Shown one piece after another: positions 1 through 31,915 of a stretch of DNA of 64,000 nucleotides. Position numbers and translations under genes: made by a program. This stretch comes from Balanoglossus misakiensis. Taxonomy: Eukaryota; Animalia; Hemichordata. A model generated the notes under the pieces. That model made no database searches. It was not told where the DNA came from and saw nothing but the letters and a program-made list of their open reading frames with translations. The stretch lies in the NCBI GenBank assembly GCA_040954595.2, contig CM082582.2, forward strand, positions 5,626,303 through 5,690,302. Direction: 5' to 3'. The stretch's first letter is position 1; every line of letters begins with the position of its first letter.

Positions 1-283
1 CGTACCTGCGCAACAAGAACAGGCTTAGAAGATAAGGCACCACCAGCAAACTCGCCACTGCAGTGAACAATGTCCAGACCGGCGACTGAAAAACGCAGGA
101 GATACACACGGCGGCAATGGTGACTAGCCAATACGACACATTTTGTGCATTATCTTTGTACACGAACCGCACGTATTCCAACATCCCAGCTCGGAAGATT
201 TGCTTGGCTCTCTGCTCGTCCGTGCCGCGGAAGCTTCGAATCACAATATCACCCGCTGAAGTTGAAAATTCCCGGTAACTCAT
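1..283 (-). CDS. NAT8/Camello-like GNAT N-acetyltransferase, copy 1 (5' part; runs off the window edge)
   Basis: Manual translation from ATG at 283: MSYREFSTSAGDIVIRSFRGTDEQRAKQIFRAGMLEYVRFVYKDNAQNVSYWLVTIAAVCISCVF..., colinear with the three complete copies (IRSF, FRAGM, YKDN, hydrophobic segment). Splice acceptor just upstream at about 299. Confidence 0.85.
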   Translation of the reverse strand, partial: MSYREFSTSAGDIVIRSFRGTDEQRAKQIFRAGMLEYVRFVYKDNAQNVSYWLVTIAAVCISCVFQSPVWTLFTAVASLLVVPYLLSLFLLRRY

Positions 284-421
284 GGTGCAGAATCCGATCT
301 GTGTGAGAGATAGACATGCGAAACGGGTGACTTTTTTTAGTGGAGCCAATATATCAAAATTGATAGCAGTGGCCTATCGTGAGGGAAGGTCCACCACCAA
401 CCCCACTTAGCTCATTAGGCC

Positions 422-447
422 CATGGAGGTACTAGAGTACCTCCATG
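422..447. mobile_element. 26-bp TIR-only mini element (CATG...CATG) with 7-bp TSD; P-element-like
   Basis: catggaggtact-ag-agtacctccatg is a perfect 12-bp inverted repeat, flanked by ttaggcc at 415-421 and 448-454. Confidence 0.6.
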
Positions 448-1582
448 TTAGGCCTAACTAAAACTGCAAAGTTTGAAACAAATGACGTCGGCCCACGAAT
501 GCAGACGACCAAAGTTTTCATCTCAGTCATAAATCCTTACACGAGGAAGAACAAATCCATAAGCATAAAACATGGGATAGACATTCGCTGATGCCGGTTT
601 AAAACTGGCGCGAAGGCAGATATTCAACGTCAATGTCGACCGTGACTTCAACTGATAAGGCCAAGGGAGCTAATATGTTCCAGGCAATGTTGGTGAAATT
701 CATCGCAGCAGCTTTTGGCCACCCTGGAAGCAAACTTCTCTTTCTCTTGCTCTCAGTGCAGATACAGACTTGTTTTACTAGCAGCAGTTTTCTTCTCAAA
801 AATCCTCACCCCACCCCAACGGATGGTACGATCCACCCACTTAGCATAATTTAGCACATTACGCAAGGCAACCGTACACACGTTACATAACATTTTATCA
901 CTGGCAATCTGGCAAAGTTAATTCACGGCCACGTCTTCGTTTGTGTTTGTCCCTGCAACAAGTCGTGTCTTAGTATAATTTCTGTGAGTTTTTGGCCGTA
1001 TATACCAAAGTCGCGCGAGGGTTGCACACGGCGACTGCTCCAAGATCCTATGACTAATAGGAGCAATCACCGTGTGCAAAAACGACTCCCAAGCGTCGAT
1101 GACTCATGCCTAATTTCATATTCAAGAACTGAGGACCGAGGCGTAACATCGCAGTCACTCGTTAGATGTACGCGGGACTCAACGAATTCACCCTGTTAAA
1201 CATTTGATCATTCCCAACTCACCAGAACGAGGATTTCCGAATGACAGCCAGAAATACAGGTCGACAATCGATGTACATGTATATTATACGACGCACCTGC
1301 AGTTCAACGTCTGCAGTCTTATAATGTGTCGAGAAATTGAACGGGGTTCCTCAATTATGATTTAGGGGTGGACCTTGTGATATTTTCGGGGGGGGGGGAT
1401 CCGGAAGAGTGGGATACTGCAATTTACCTAGGGTCTACATCGAATAGTTTTCTTCAAGTCTCTAAAATTTGCCCGATATATGTTCAAGCCGACGCTTCTC
1501 CAATAATTTTTTGGGTGTAAAATACACCAAGTCTGCCCGAGATGAAAGTTTACGAGTATCACACTTGTGAGCTATCTTTGGT

Positions 1583-2535
1583 CATAGACCCTAGAGAAAG
1601 AAGGACGCGCAACTGCGGCAAAGATCAAAGGGTTTGGGGATTATTGGTATGACTATGTTCTTTTGCATATAATTAACACCTAGGACGGTGGCAAGAGTGA
1701 ATCTCCACTTTGGCGTCGATGTCATTAGCATATCATTAACATATCACCAAAAAATAAACGCAACTCTGTGATGCGCGACAGTAACCAAAACTGGCACTCC
1801 TATATTTCAGCAGCCACTGCGTTTTTTTCTAAAATTCAAAAAGTATTACGTTGTCTGTGCTATTTATTATGGTTTGGTGTTCGTTTTTCGGTTGAACGGT
1901 CATTTCTAGTGCCACAAGCTTCATTTAAAAATTGTAAACAAATCATCCATGTTTTTTGCATGTCCAACTGGGCACTCATATATCTTGGTAATGCTGACAC
2001 TTTTCGTAATAATTTTATGTTTGCGTGAAGCATTGAAACAAAAATTGTGGTTTAGGGGCATTTTATTTCGCATTGCGTGAACAATAAAACAGATTTCACG
2101 AAAACAATTTGTAAACAAACTGGGAGGATTTTCACGTGTGCGCTATGGCCGCCATCTTGGTTTTTCATGGTTGACGATGGCAGGAAACCCTAGGTACGGT
2201 TAGCTCACAGCCTTGTCAAATACCCGGACTGTTCGACAAAATATGCTTGTTTTGAACGCTGTCAGACTCAGAAGTGCCAAATTCGTGTTTAACTCGTCCA
2301 GATGTGTTCCATAAATGATCGCTGCAGTTCAACCACGTTGCAGTTTTCTCGTCTTTTGCGAGATGTTGTGAGGTGTTTGTGATAACTTCTCGCAAAACGC
2401 GAGACTTTGCGTTAGTTTATACGTAGTTTATTTGTAAATTGGATTATTGGGGATTATCCGGAAATAATGTATGCAAAAGAACATCGTTTCAAGAAAAACC
2501 TGGAGTTGCGCGCCCTTCTTTCTCTAGGGTCTATG
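1583..2535. mobile_element. MITE / non-autonomous DNA transposon with 32-bp TIRs (CATAG...CTATG), P-like termini
   Basis: catagaccctagagaaagaaggacgcgcaact (1583-1614) matches the reverse complement of 2504-2535 with 1 mismatch. Subterminal inverted match atgttcttttgcata. No clear TSD. Confidence 0.8.
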
Positions 2536-2907
2536 GTGTAGTGTATGAGCAGAGAAGCCTCAGTGTTCCGGTTAGAACCGTATCGGTAAGACAAAGACAG
2601 AAGAGTTGACTGACAACAAATTTATTCAGTTTATATAATATAATTCTTACTTAAACGTTCCCTGAATAAATCCCTGTGCCTATAGGCGCGTTACTATTGG
2701 CAGATATGTGTGCAATGCGAAACCAAGAGACCCCAGTCTGCTGTGTGTAACTTACGGAATATTACAGGTTGGTAGGTTATTACTTTCGCGATGTCACCCC
2801 TAAATACCACGGAAAAATTAACGTCAGTGATTTTTTTCAGAATTTCTAAGGAAATGCCAATGCGAATGTCACAAGCAACCTTAATTCATTTTGTCACATT
2901 TACAACT

Positions 2908-3609
2908 TTAATCAGAAATTTTCAAGTGTCTTTTGTTTCTGAGACGCATAACGTAGTGATAGTCAATAACCTTCATAACAACGTAGTTGAAGCCACAACG
3001 CACCCTCCACAAATGAAACCCTTTTCTTACATAAAGTATATTTGCAGACTGCCTGTATCGTCCTGTGACCAGATATAATTCTCTGTATTCGTGTTTTACA
3101 GAAAATTCAACCACTCTGTCCACCAGTTTGCTTGCTATTCCCAGTTTTCGATAATCCTTGGCAACACTCATGGTCAGAAGCTGCGCCCTCATGCGGTCTT
3201 GGCTGTCCTCTCGCACACACACTACACCAATCACCATCTCGTTATGCTCTACAACCCACGCGTGATTTCTCGGCTGGTCCATGTAGTGCGCCTTGACGTC
3301 GCGCAGGTCGTCGTTTAGGCGGGAGAACGTATGAAAACGAAGCGCAATTTCACACAAGACATACAGTAAAATTGCAAGAACAATCGCGGCTATGCAAAAA
3401 CCAAACGCTGACCAAAAGATACAGCAGACACAAAATAAAGTCAGACAAATCATCCAAAACGAGGCATTTTTCAAGTTGTCTTTGTACAATGCTACCGTGT
3501 ATTCCAACATTCCCGCTCGGAAGAGCATCGTGACAGCCTTATTGTCTGTTTCGCGAAAGCTTCGAATAAACATTTTCCCAGCTGGCGTTACAAAAGTGGT
3601 GTTGTCCAT
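2908..3609 (-). CDS. NAT8/Camello-like GNAT N-acetyltransferase, copy 2 (intronless CDS)
   Basis: ORF MDNTTFVTPAGK... with an N-terminal hydrophobic hairpin, RLNDDLRDVKAHYM, WVVE..VIGVVCV, acetyl-CoA motif MSVAKDYRKLGIASKL and LYVRKGF. Confidence 0.9.
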   Translation of the reverse strand: MDNTTFVTPAGKMFIRSFRETDNKAVTMLFRAGMLEYTVALYKDNLKNASFWMICLTLFCVCCIFWSAFGFCIAAIVLAILLYVLCEIALRFHTFSRLNDDLRDVKAHYMDQPRNHAWVVEHNEMVIGVVCVREDSQDRMRAQLLTMSVAKDYRKLGIASKLVDRVVEFSVKHEYRELYLVTGRYRQSANILYVRKGFHLWRVRCGFNYVVMKVIDYHYVMRLRNKRHLKISD

Positions 3610-3789
3610 CGCGAGCACAGATCTTTGTTAGAAAAAAAAAACGAAACCATAATACATTGTTATTGTTACATGGAGGACAGTTTTTTTGCCAATTACAGGA
3701 AGGATTAATACTCAACAAAAGGCCAGACAATAAACCGCGAAACTCATAACTTTGTGAACACAGGGATTATATAACACGGATATTGTGGC

Positions 3790-4210
3790 CACAGGGGAAT
3801 GCAGACATGAAAGTTATAAATGGCGAAGTACGTTCCGTTCTGCGTTTTCCCAACCTGTCTTATCATTTGCTAATCCAGAATAAAAGCTATCCATTTCCCA
3901 TTAAGCACCTGCTAACGACTTAATCTGTGTGCCCCATCCACGGATTAAATTGATAAAGTAAACATCGGTCAGCAAGTACTGGGTATAACAAGAGGAGAAC
4001 TAAATCCGTGGATGGGGCACACAGATTAAGTCGTTAGCAGGTGCTTAATGGGAAATGTGATAGCTTTTATTCTGGATTAGCAACTGATAAGACAGGTGGA
4101 GGTAACACAGAAAAATAAACAAGCACAAAGACTGTTCATCTAGTAATGTTTATTGGGGGAAAATGCAGAAACTCCGCCATTTATAACTTTCATGTTTGCA
4201 GACCCCTGTG
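3790..4210. mobile_element. 421-bp foldback MITE with 7-bp TSD (P-like CA...TG termini)
   Basis: TIRs cacagggg..atgaaagttataaatggcg and cgccatttataactttcatg..cccctgtg. Internal arms at about 3855-3950 and 4001-4097 are near-perfect inverted copies. TSD ttgtggc at 3783-3789 and 4211-4217. Confidence 0.85.
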
Positions 4211-4289
4211 TTGTGGCGTGTAAATAGGTCGTTGAGTGGTTTAGTACCCCAATACATACTGCACATCTCACTTCTTGTTATACTTACCT

Positions 4290-4830
4290 TTGCCTTATCT
4301 GGCTATATGATAGTCGCCAAATTCACTCACCATGGACTGAGAATATATATCCGAAAGATTGTGATCATACCAGTTCATGACAGACAATAAATCTGCACGA
4401 ACAACTGGTTCCTACAATAATAATATTACATGTCGTTTAATGTCGTGTTTGGGCGGGCTAGCATGCGGGGCTTGTCTGCGCAACGTCCCTGTACTGTAGT
4501 GTACACTAGCAATCAACACCAAGAACACTCTTGTATCTAACATCCGCTGAATCATATTAATCAAATAAGTTATAATACTCTAAACTTACCGAGGCAATAC
4601 GTCACAGGAAGGAGTGGTCTTCTATTATATGCAGAAGCAATAGAGACGTTGGCTGAGACGCCTACCAGTGTGCAGGGTTTACGTGTTTGCATATATGTGT
4701 CCCGGGGTAGGTTAGCCAATAGAAGTCGTTTTCACTAACCACAAAGCACCCATTTCCGCTTCAAAATAGTGCATTGTGGGGAAAAGCGCCGAGTGTGACT
4801 GTTACACCACGTGACCTGGTCTGAACCATT
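4290..4830 (-). promoter_or_regulatory. Duplicated upstream / 5'UTR-intron region of NAT8-like copy 2, with putative non-coding exon donor
   Basis: Homologous to about 6130-6700 and 29950-30560. Minus-strand GTAAG donor conserved at about 4589, 6548 and 30510. A 21-bp motif cacgtgacctggtctgaacca is shared at 4808 and 6675. Confidence 0.55.
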
Positions 4831-5217
4831 GCTAAACGTGTGTGTTATCAGACATCAGGTAATACAAAGGGTAATGACTATATTTGATTTCCTGAAATCA
4901 TCAGGTTGCTACCGCAGGCCCACACGACCGGTAACTTTTAAATTATTCATTCATAAAAATGTTCCGAGTTCAGTGAATTATGGAAGCATTGCCTGAAATA
5001 CTTATGGTAAATGACCACACAATACATCATTGCAGTTTGGCATTACATTTTCATATATAAACTTCTTCTATAAAGATATTAATGTAATTTATTTTGCCCA
5101 CCGCGTGCACTACATTAATTTTTGCAATGCAGAAGTGGCGAAGTGAATTTCCATATTCGTCACGGTTCCTCACCCCCACAACCAACTTTGTGATTACATC
5201 AAATGGAGCATCGTGTC

Positions 5218-5889
5218 TTAAAGACACATGGTGTAATGAGATAAAAATGTCTTGAAAAAGATCCAGTTCACTACACACTGCAACTTCTTCAACTGGAAAC
5301 CTTTTCGACGATAGAGGGCGTTTGCGGAATGCATCCACAGTCCTGTTTCCAGATATATTTCTCTGTACTTGTCTTTTACCGCGAATTCTATGGCCGTGTC
5401 TGTCAGTTCTGTTGCAACTCCCATTCTTCTGAACTCTTTCGCTACGCTCAAAGTCAAAATCTCGGCCCTGGTGCGGTCTCGGCCGTCTTCCCTCACGCAG
5501 ATCGAGCCGATCACTTTCCCGCCATACTCCGCCACCCACATGTGGTTCCTCGGCCTGTCCATGTAGGTTGCTCTGATGTCGCGCAGATCACCGTCAAGGC
5601 GGGAAAATACGTAGGACTGCATCACTTTCACGCTGAGGAGATATGGCACCCCAACAAGAGCAACAAGTGTCAACAGGAACACAAGCGCTGACTGGAACAG
5701 ACAAGAAACGGTAAGCGTAGTCACGCCAACCATCCAAAATGAAGCGTTGCGAAAGTTATCCTTATACATGGATCCTGTAGAGGCCGCCATTCCAGCTCTG
5801 AACATTTTTCTGACGTCACATCCGTCTGCATCGTAAAAACTTCGGATCAACACATTCCCGGCGGGGGTTTTGAAGCTCGTGAATTTCAT
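5218..5889 (-). CDS. NAT8/Camello-like GNAT N-acetyltransferase, copy 3 (intronless CDS, 223 aa)
   Basis: MKFTSFKTPAGNVLIRSF...; hydrophobic hairpin; LSVAKEFRRMGVATEL acetyl-CoA motif; LYRRKGF. Polypyrimidine-AG acceptor at about 5903 just before the ATG. Confidence 0.9.
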   Translation of the reverse strand: MKFTSFKTPAGNVLIRSFYDADGCDVRKMFRAGMAASTGSMYKDNFRNASFWMVGVTTLTVSCLFQSALVFLLTLVALVGVPYLLSVKVMQSYVFSRLDGDLRDIRATYMDRPRNHMWVAEYGGKVIGSICVREDGRDRTRAEILTLSVAKEFRRMGVATELTDTAIEFAVKDKYREIYLETGLWMHSANALYRRKGFQLKKLQCVVNWIFFKTFLSHYTMCL

Positions 5890-7075
5890 TGTGAACAATT
5901 GCCTGTGGAGGGGAAATGCAGATGTAATTATCACACCCTAGTTCACCTCAGTTGGCCAGCACATGGGCATGTCGTCTTGTCTGAAACCTCGAGCGAGTGT
6001 GGACGTAATTGAGCCCTGACCTCCAAGGTCTCTGCTCAGGAATCAGATAGCATGGCGTTTAATACATGACATGGCTTGCATAGGTCACCGAGCGGTCACC
6101 CTCACAAATACACTGTATATTGACTTACTATGGCCTTATCTGGCTACATGTCAATCGCCATATACACCCCACGATGGACTGAGAATACATATCCGAAAGA
6201 AGGCGACCATACCACGGTGTTAGTTGCCCACTTTATGCAATAACAGCCGGTTCCCACATTAATAATATTACATGCCGTGCCGGGTAGATCTATAGGCCAT
6301 TTTGTCGGCGAAAATGTTACACATATAAGACGTACTCTTCTTCAGCAGCTGCAATGGACCGTGTTCATGTTTGGCAGGTTGGAATGTAATCTTTACATAC
6401 AACGAGCAGACAACAATATGTTTCCGCTTCGTCGCGTCCGTGTACTGCAGTGTCGAGCGTTCACTAGCATTAACCACAGCAACAAACTTAATATTTAACA
6501 TCCGGTGAATCATAATAATCGAACTAGTTACAACTTATCTAAACTTACCAAGGTAATGCGTCACTGGAAGGGTGGGTCTTCTATTAAACGCAGAAGTAGA
6601 AGTAGAGGCCGAGTTTGGCCGGACGCCCACGGCCACCAAGGGGGGTGGGGGTGGGGGGTCATGCTCTGTTGAACCACGTGACCTGGTCTGAACCACTGTG
6701 GTACATGGTACGGTCGGTCAGACCGATGGCGGGAACATATACGCATGCTCACATCACTGGCAATTGTGCAGCAGAAATATTCGAAGATGTTCCCAGTGGA
6801 TCTACATGTAACCACGGGGAGTCACGTGAGACGTTGTTCGTGATTTTCCACGAGGGCGAACTATTGGTCACAATATAGAACTACTCAGCAAACTGTGTTA
6901 TTGTCACTGTTGTCGTCCATGGTCTGGTGTGCATGCATATCGAAGTTGTACGAGAAGCAGCCCCCATACATTTTTCTTGTGTATCGAAAGTATCCAGTGG
7001 GATATTTTATGGTGTAATAAATGAGCAGTTGATAGTTTGCGAACTTGAAAAGGTCAGGAGATGCTAGTTTGTAGC

Positions 7076-7161
7076 TAGTCTGGGTTACCCAGACGCCTTT
7101 GCTTCTTCCGCTTTTCTGGAGAACACCGGAAGAAGTAAAGGCGTCTGGGTAACCGAGACTA
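7076..7161. mobile_element. 86-bp hairpin mini-transposon (TAG...CTA) with 9-bp TSD; AcademH-like non-autonomous element
   Basis: Almost fully palindromic (tagtctgggttacccagacgcc...ggcgtctgggtaaccgagacta). TSD gtttgtagc at 7067-7075 and 7162-7170. Sister copy at 50713-50790. Confidence 0.75.
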
Positions 7162-8200
7162 GTTTGTAGCCTGCAGTCAGGACACAGGATGGTTGCGCAG
7201 TTCTTCTATTAGATACATTTGTATCAATAACTTGTGTAGATGGTTGAGTAATTGGAAACCTCAACAATGAGATGTGAAATTTATAACTCAAGCAGCGAAA
7301 TGGAATAGGATTATTCATTGTAAATACTGTATTTATGGCGATTCTCTCGTGTTTAGTGTTAATGTCCGGGAAATTTATTTCTGAGACAAATTATAATTCT
7401 CCGTCAACACGGTCAGAGGGCCCTTTTAATGGAAGAGTCGTTATAAGCGTATATTCGTCAACTTCTCTGTGCCATGACGCGGGGTTAATGACGTCATCAC
7501 AAACCTTGAGTCGACCACTTATTGGTGAGCAGCCTCCCATGCATACTTTTGTGAATGTGAAATTAAAAATACATCATGACTTTTGGCCTTTTTGTTTATA
7601 GGGACAACACGATTAATCAAACGAAATGGCGGGCGTTAATCGTCAAGAGACCGTAACTAATAATTCGTCACCCTTTAGCTTTGTGTGTGGAACTGTTACT
7701 AACGGCGACCAATCCATTAATGGAAAGGATTGAGCGAAGTAACCATCCGACGTGCGAGTCGGTTCTAAGTTGTCCTACAAATGTTTTCCAGCATCATTGG
7801 GCAGACCACATTTTCACCGATTTAGTATAAGAAACAGAAACTATAAAATTCCAAAGTACAAGGTATACTCTCAATAATTGCTCGGGCTACATTATAATAC
7901 ATAAGCAAAACTTTTACACGTGTGTTTTTTCGTGTTTGTTGTTGTTGTTTATTCAAGTATTTTTCTTCTCGTCAATGACTTCTAATTGTAAACTCCTAAT
8001 TAATAAAACAATAACTGGGTGACAGCTACAACCGATATTCTATTTTCCATACCTCGATAATCCCAGCCCCCCGAAGATATGCAAAGTACCTGGTTGAAAT
8101 TGCCCACGTGACTCTCAATGTGTTTCTATGGTTACGCACCGTAGCAATAACTCCCATAATTTCGGTCCGCTTTGATGAAGCACAGCGACGGAGCCTGAGG

Positions 8201-28130
<19,930 letters not shown>

Positions 28131-28831
28131 AGAATACGGCAAATGCAAATAAGGTATAGTACTACTAACTTAGACTACTGATTTATTTTAAGCTTATATT
28201 TTTGTAAACGATACTTGACTTTCTAGTTTTCATGAACTAGGTGAGTGTGGAAAGGCATGTGTATCGATATGCCTAGCCAGAATGTAAGTTGTAGCTCAAA
28301 CTTCCAATGGCTTGTTTTACATCGTGAAATGCAATGAACTTCAGAGGGCTCCTCGTAACGTTAGACATCTGAACTTCAGATGTCAAATTCAATGTTAACA
28401 TAGTTACACATTACAAACGAACTGCCGTTTTGATATCCTTTAAGTGTCTGGTTAAACTTTGCTCAATATGTAAATTGAGAGGGTAATATGTTTTATTCAT
28501 GTATGCCCTTTCTTTGCAGTTGATTTCCAGTGGTAACAGGGAATTGTAAAATGGCACGACGATCTTCATGGCGTTCGCTGTATCTGGACTGCCTTTTTGG
28601 AGAGGAAATGAACATTTACTGAACTTATTATTGTATTTACATAACTTCAGTGTTGTTTTAAAACTTTTTTTTTCATTCAGGAGATTTTATATTCTCGTAG
28701 TAATGATTACTTTCGCGAGGTCTGCCATCAATACCACAGACAAATTAAGGAACAGTTTCAATGATGATTTTTTTTTCAGAATTTCTAAGACGAAATACAA
28801 ATGCGAATGTCACAAGCAATGTTAATTCAAC

Positions 28832-29536
28832 TTAATCGGTAATCTTCAAATCTCTTTTGTTTCTGAGACGCATAACGTAGTGGTTGTCGAATTCCTTTAT
28901 CACAACGAAATTGAGGCAACAATAAACCCTCCGTAAATGAAACCCTTTTCTTCCATAAAGTCTGTTTGCGGGCAGCATGTATCGTCCTGTTTCCAGGTAT
29001 ATTTCTCGGTATTCGTGTTTCACTGAAAATTCAACTACTATGTCCACCAGTTTGCTTGCTATTCCTAACGTTCTATAATCCTTGGCCACACTCATTGTGA
29101 GAAGCTCCGCCCTCATGCGGTCTTGGCTGTCCTCTCGCACACACACTACACCGATCACCATGATCCCGTTCAGCTCTGCAACCCACGCGTGATTTCTTGG
29201 CTGGTCTATGTAGTACGCCTTGATGTCGCGCAGGTCGTCGTTTAGGCGGGAGAATATGTACAAGTGAAACGAAATAAAACATACGAGATACGGTACAACT
29301 GTAAGAGCAATCGCTGCTAAGCAAAAACTAAACGCTGACCCAAAAATATAACAAACGCCTAGTGTTATAAAGCAAATCATCCAGAACAAAGCATTTTTCA
29401 AGTTGTCCTTGTACATGCCTCCCGTGTATTCCAACATTCCCGCTCGGAAGAGCTTCGTGACAGCCGCCTTGTCTGTTTCGCGAAAGCTTCGTAAAACCAT
29501 TTTCCCAACTGGCGTTACAAAAGTGGTGTTATCCAT
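28832..29536 (-). CDS. NAT8/Camello-like GNAT N-acetyltransferase, copy 4 (closest to copy 2)
   Basis: MDNTTFVTPVGK...MSVAKDYRTLGIASKL...HYVMRLRNKRDLKITD, nearly colinear with 2908-3609. The 3' flank 28690-28830 also resembles 2770-2905. Confidence 0.9.
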   Translation of the reverse strand: MDNTTFVTPVGKMVLRSFRETDKAAVTKLFRAGMLEYTGGMYKDNLKNALFWMICFITLGVCYIFGSAFSFCLAAIALTVVPYLVCFISFHLYIFSRLNDDLRDIKAYYIDQPRNHAWVAELNGIMVIGVVCVREDSQDRMRAELLTMSVAKDYRTLGIASKLVDIVVEFSVKHEYREIYLETGRYMLPANRLYGRKGFHLRRVYCCLNFVVIKEFDNHYVMRLRNKRDLKITD

Positions 29537-31039
29537 CGCCAACAATGGCCTGTGTTATAGAAAATAAAAGTAAACGAGACCAAAATCTGTTTTATGATGA
29601 GTGCGAAAATGCCGCTTTATTTTAACTTTCTAATTATACTTGATATATGTCTTTATTACCATACGTATGAAAAACATTGGTATTAGGTGTGTTTACATGT
29701 GCCTATACCCTCAAGCCCACTCATCCACCATGTTTTGCCATGTACGTGCATTACATTGCTTTAACAGTATACAATGCAACCGAATGCTTCCAAAAGAAAG
29801 GTGCGGATAATTGACCCCGGAGCTAAATCATGTAAATGGGTTATGCACAGGGACCATATAGCATGTCGTTTAATACATATTATGGCGTGCATAGGTCACC
29901 GAGCGGTTACCCTCACAAATACACTGTATTTCTCATAATTTGTTTACTCACTGAATTGGCCTTCTCTGGCTATATGCATGTGCCAATCGCCAAATACACT
30001 CGGTCTACGCATGGCCGAGAATACATATCCGGAAGAAGATGACCACACCATGTATACCAGCTAATGAACGACTAGTTGGGATCGCCCGGTTCTGCTACAA
30101 GTTCCTGCAATAATAACATTACGTACCATGCCATTCCGAACGACGGCTGAATGACGGCAGAGCCCGGATACGCGTGCCTTGACCCCGTTCAAGGTCACAG
30201 TGACTTTATACGTATATGCGAACACTGAAGTAGGTCACAAGTGCCGCGTAAATCTAGGTCACTTTGTCGACGGAAATTGTCGTTGTAGGCTACACAAATG
30301 TTTTCCTCGGCAGCTGCTATCAATCCAAGTCGAGTTTGAACGGGTTGACATGTAGGTTTTGTTTTAGCAGTCTCTGCAGAAAACAATACATTGTATCTCT
30401 GCGCAACTTCCGTGTGCTGCAGTGTCGAGCGTTCACTAGCAGAACAGTTACACGCTCTTTCACATAACATCCACTAAATCATATTAATCAGATTATTTAT
30501 CTAAGCTTACCACGAAGATACTAAGTCGTAGCAAAGATAGGTCTTCCATTAAATGCGGCAGCAGCAATGAAGATGTTCGTTCAGTGGATGTCACTAAACA
30601 TGTTCAGGCCAGCGCAGTTCACCTGTAGAGGGCGGCGAGGTCGTAAACAAAGTCGAACGTGAATCTCACAACGGATCGATATCCGTGAGTTAAGCCATGT
30701 GCAGACCCTGGGATAGGAATGAGGATCTCTGGAAATCTGAAGGATGTAAGGTGAGATTGGGTGAGATTCGGACAAACTGTAGGCACTCTTGAGGGCGCAC
30801 AGTGTGTACTACTTCTTAGAGACTTATCTCTCGTATGATATTAAAAATGTAAACATCTATAAATGGTGTCGCCAGTTTGAAGAGTCATGTAACTTAATCG
30901 AATTACCGCAAACACATCTAGCTATAACGTGGCAACAGATTGTCCCCGATAGCTGTAGTTTGTTCTTATCTAGACGGAATTAATACATTGGGAGCACATA
31001 CTGTAGTTGGACTGACCCTGTTTTACTCTACAAACTTAA

Positions 31040-31543
31040 AGGCACGTAAGCTGTAACTGGATAAAAAATTAAACTTTTAAATAATCTCATATATGCTTTT
31101 AATTATGTCTATTAAATGCTATTTCATGATAATATATCAAGCTCAACACTTATTTATGACAAAATGGCCAAAAATTAAAGAAAAACGAAAATTCCTTCAA
31201 TTTTTAAAAAAGTGCAATATTGCAATGAAAAATGAAAATCTGATGTCTCAGTGGTGTACATTTACTTCCATGAGCTCAAGTGGATGAAATCATGTTTTGT
31301 TAATGAAGTTTCACAACCGGAAATGCGACATTTTCATTGTTTCTTGCATTTTCCCATGGTGGCGGCCATAATCGCTTGCGGCAAAGCTTTATTATTTATC
31401 TGGTTAAAACTTGCATATGCACTTATATTTTGGGTTTATGATGCTTGTGTATAGTTCACTGCCTTCATCTGCATGGACTAATGGTAGTGCAGTTTGAAAC
31501 AAAAATTATGAAAATTATCCCAAAAGTTACAGCTTACGTGCCT
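31040..31543. mobile_element. Kolobok-like MITE (TTAA TSD)
   Basis: TIR aggcacgtaagctgtaact / agttacagcttacgtgcct, flanked by ttaa on both sides. Confidence 0.8.
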
Positions 31544-31659
31544 TTAATATATACGGCAACATACCTCGGTGTCTGTGGTGGCAATTGTTTTTCATTCTGT
31601 GTGAGGAAACAGATTCCTCAGAATCTGCTATTCGCTGACAAACAGGAAGTCTCTCGCCG

Positions 31660-31915
31660 ACTTTATTCTTCAGCTGAAGATATCGAAGTAAAAAAAATCG
31701 TCTGTCGCTTCAGACATGAAGAGGAGATGACGACACCGAGCCATGCACGCCTACCCCGGGTTTACAACGTCAACCCTCAAGATGACGTCAGACATTGCCT
31801 CGCTGTCGAAATTAGGGAGTGTTCAGAAAATACTTCCAGGGGGGCCCGGGGGATTTCCCGCCCTCAGGATGACAACAGACATTGTCTCGTTGTCGAAATT
31901 GGCGAATTTGAAATC
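31660..31915 (-). pseudogene. Possible degenerate BTB-domain gene fragment with an internal ~50-bp duplication
   Basis: Minus strand reads FANFDNETMSVVILRAG and NFDSEAMSDVILRVD...*...RCRHLLFMSEATDDFF, resembling the BTB N-terminus (F...SDV.L.V...H+..L...SDFF). In-frame stops are present. Confidence 0.3.

Noticed and set aside
599-854. Short ORFs between NAT8 copies 1 and 2
   Set aside because: No NAT8 or other recognisable motif; stops interrupt the most coding-like frame.
5051-5691. Overlapping ORFs on and opposite the NAT8 copies (also 3091-3631 and 29073-29324)
   Set aside because: Shadow frames of real CDSs.
28131-28830. Expected PLAT and polycystin channel exons after the GPS/TM of A (and of B)
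   Set aside because: Not found; a stop codon and the neighbouring genes follow immediately, so these are not called full PKD1/PKD1L orthologs.
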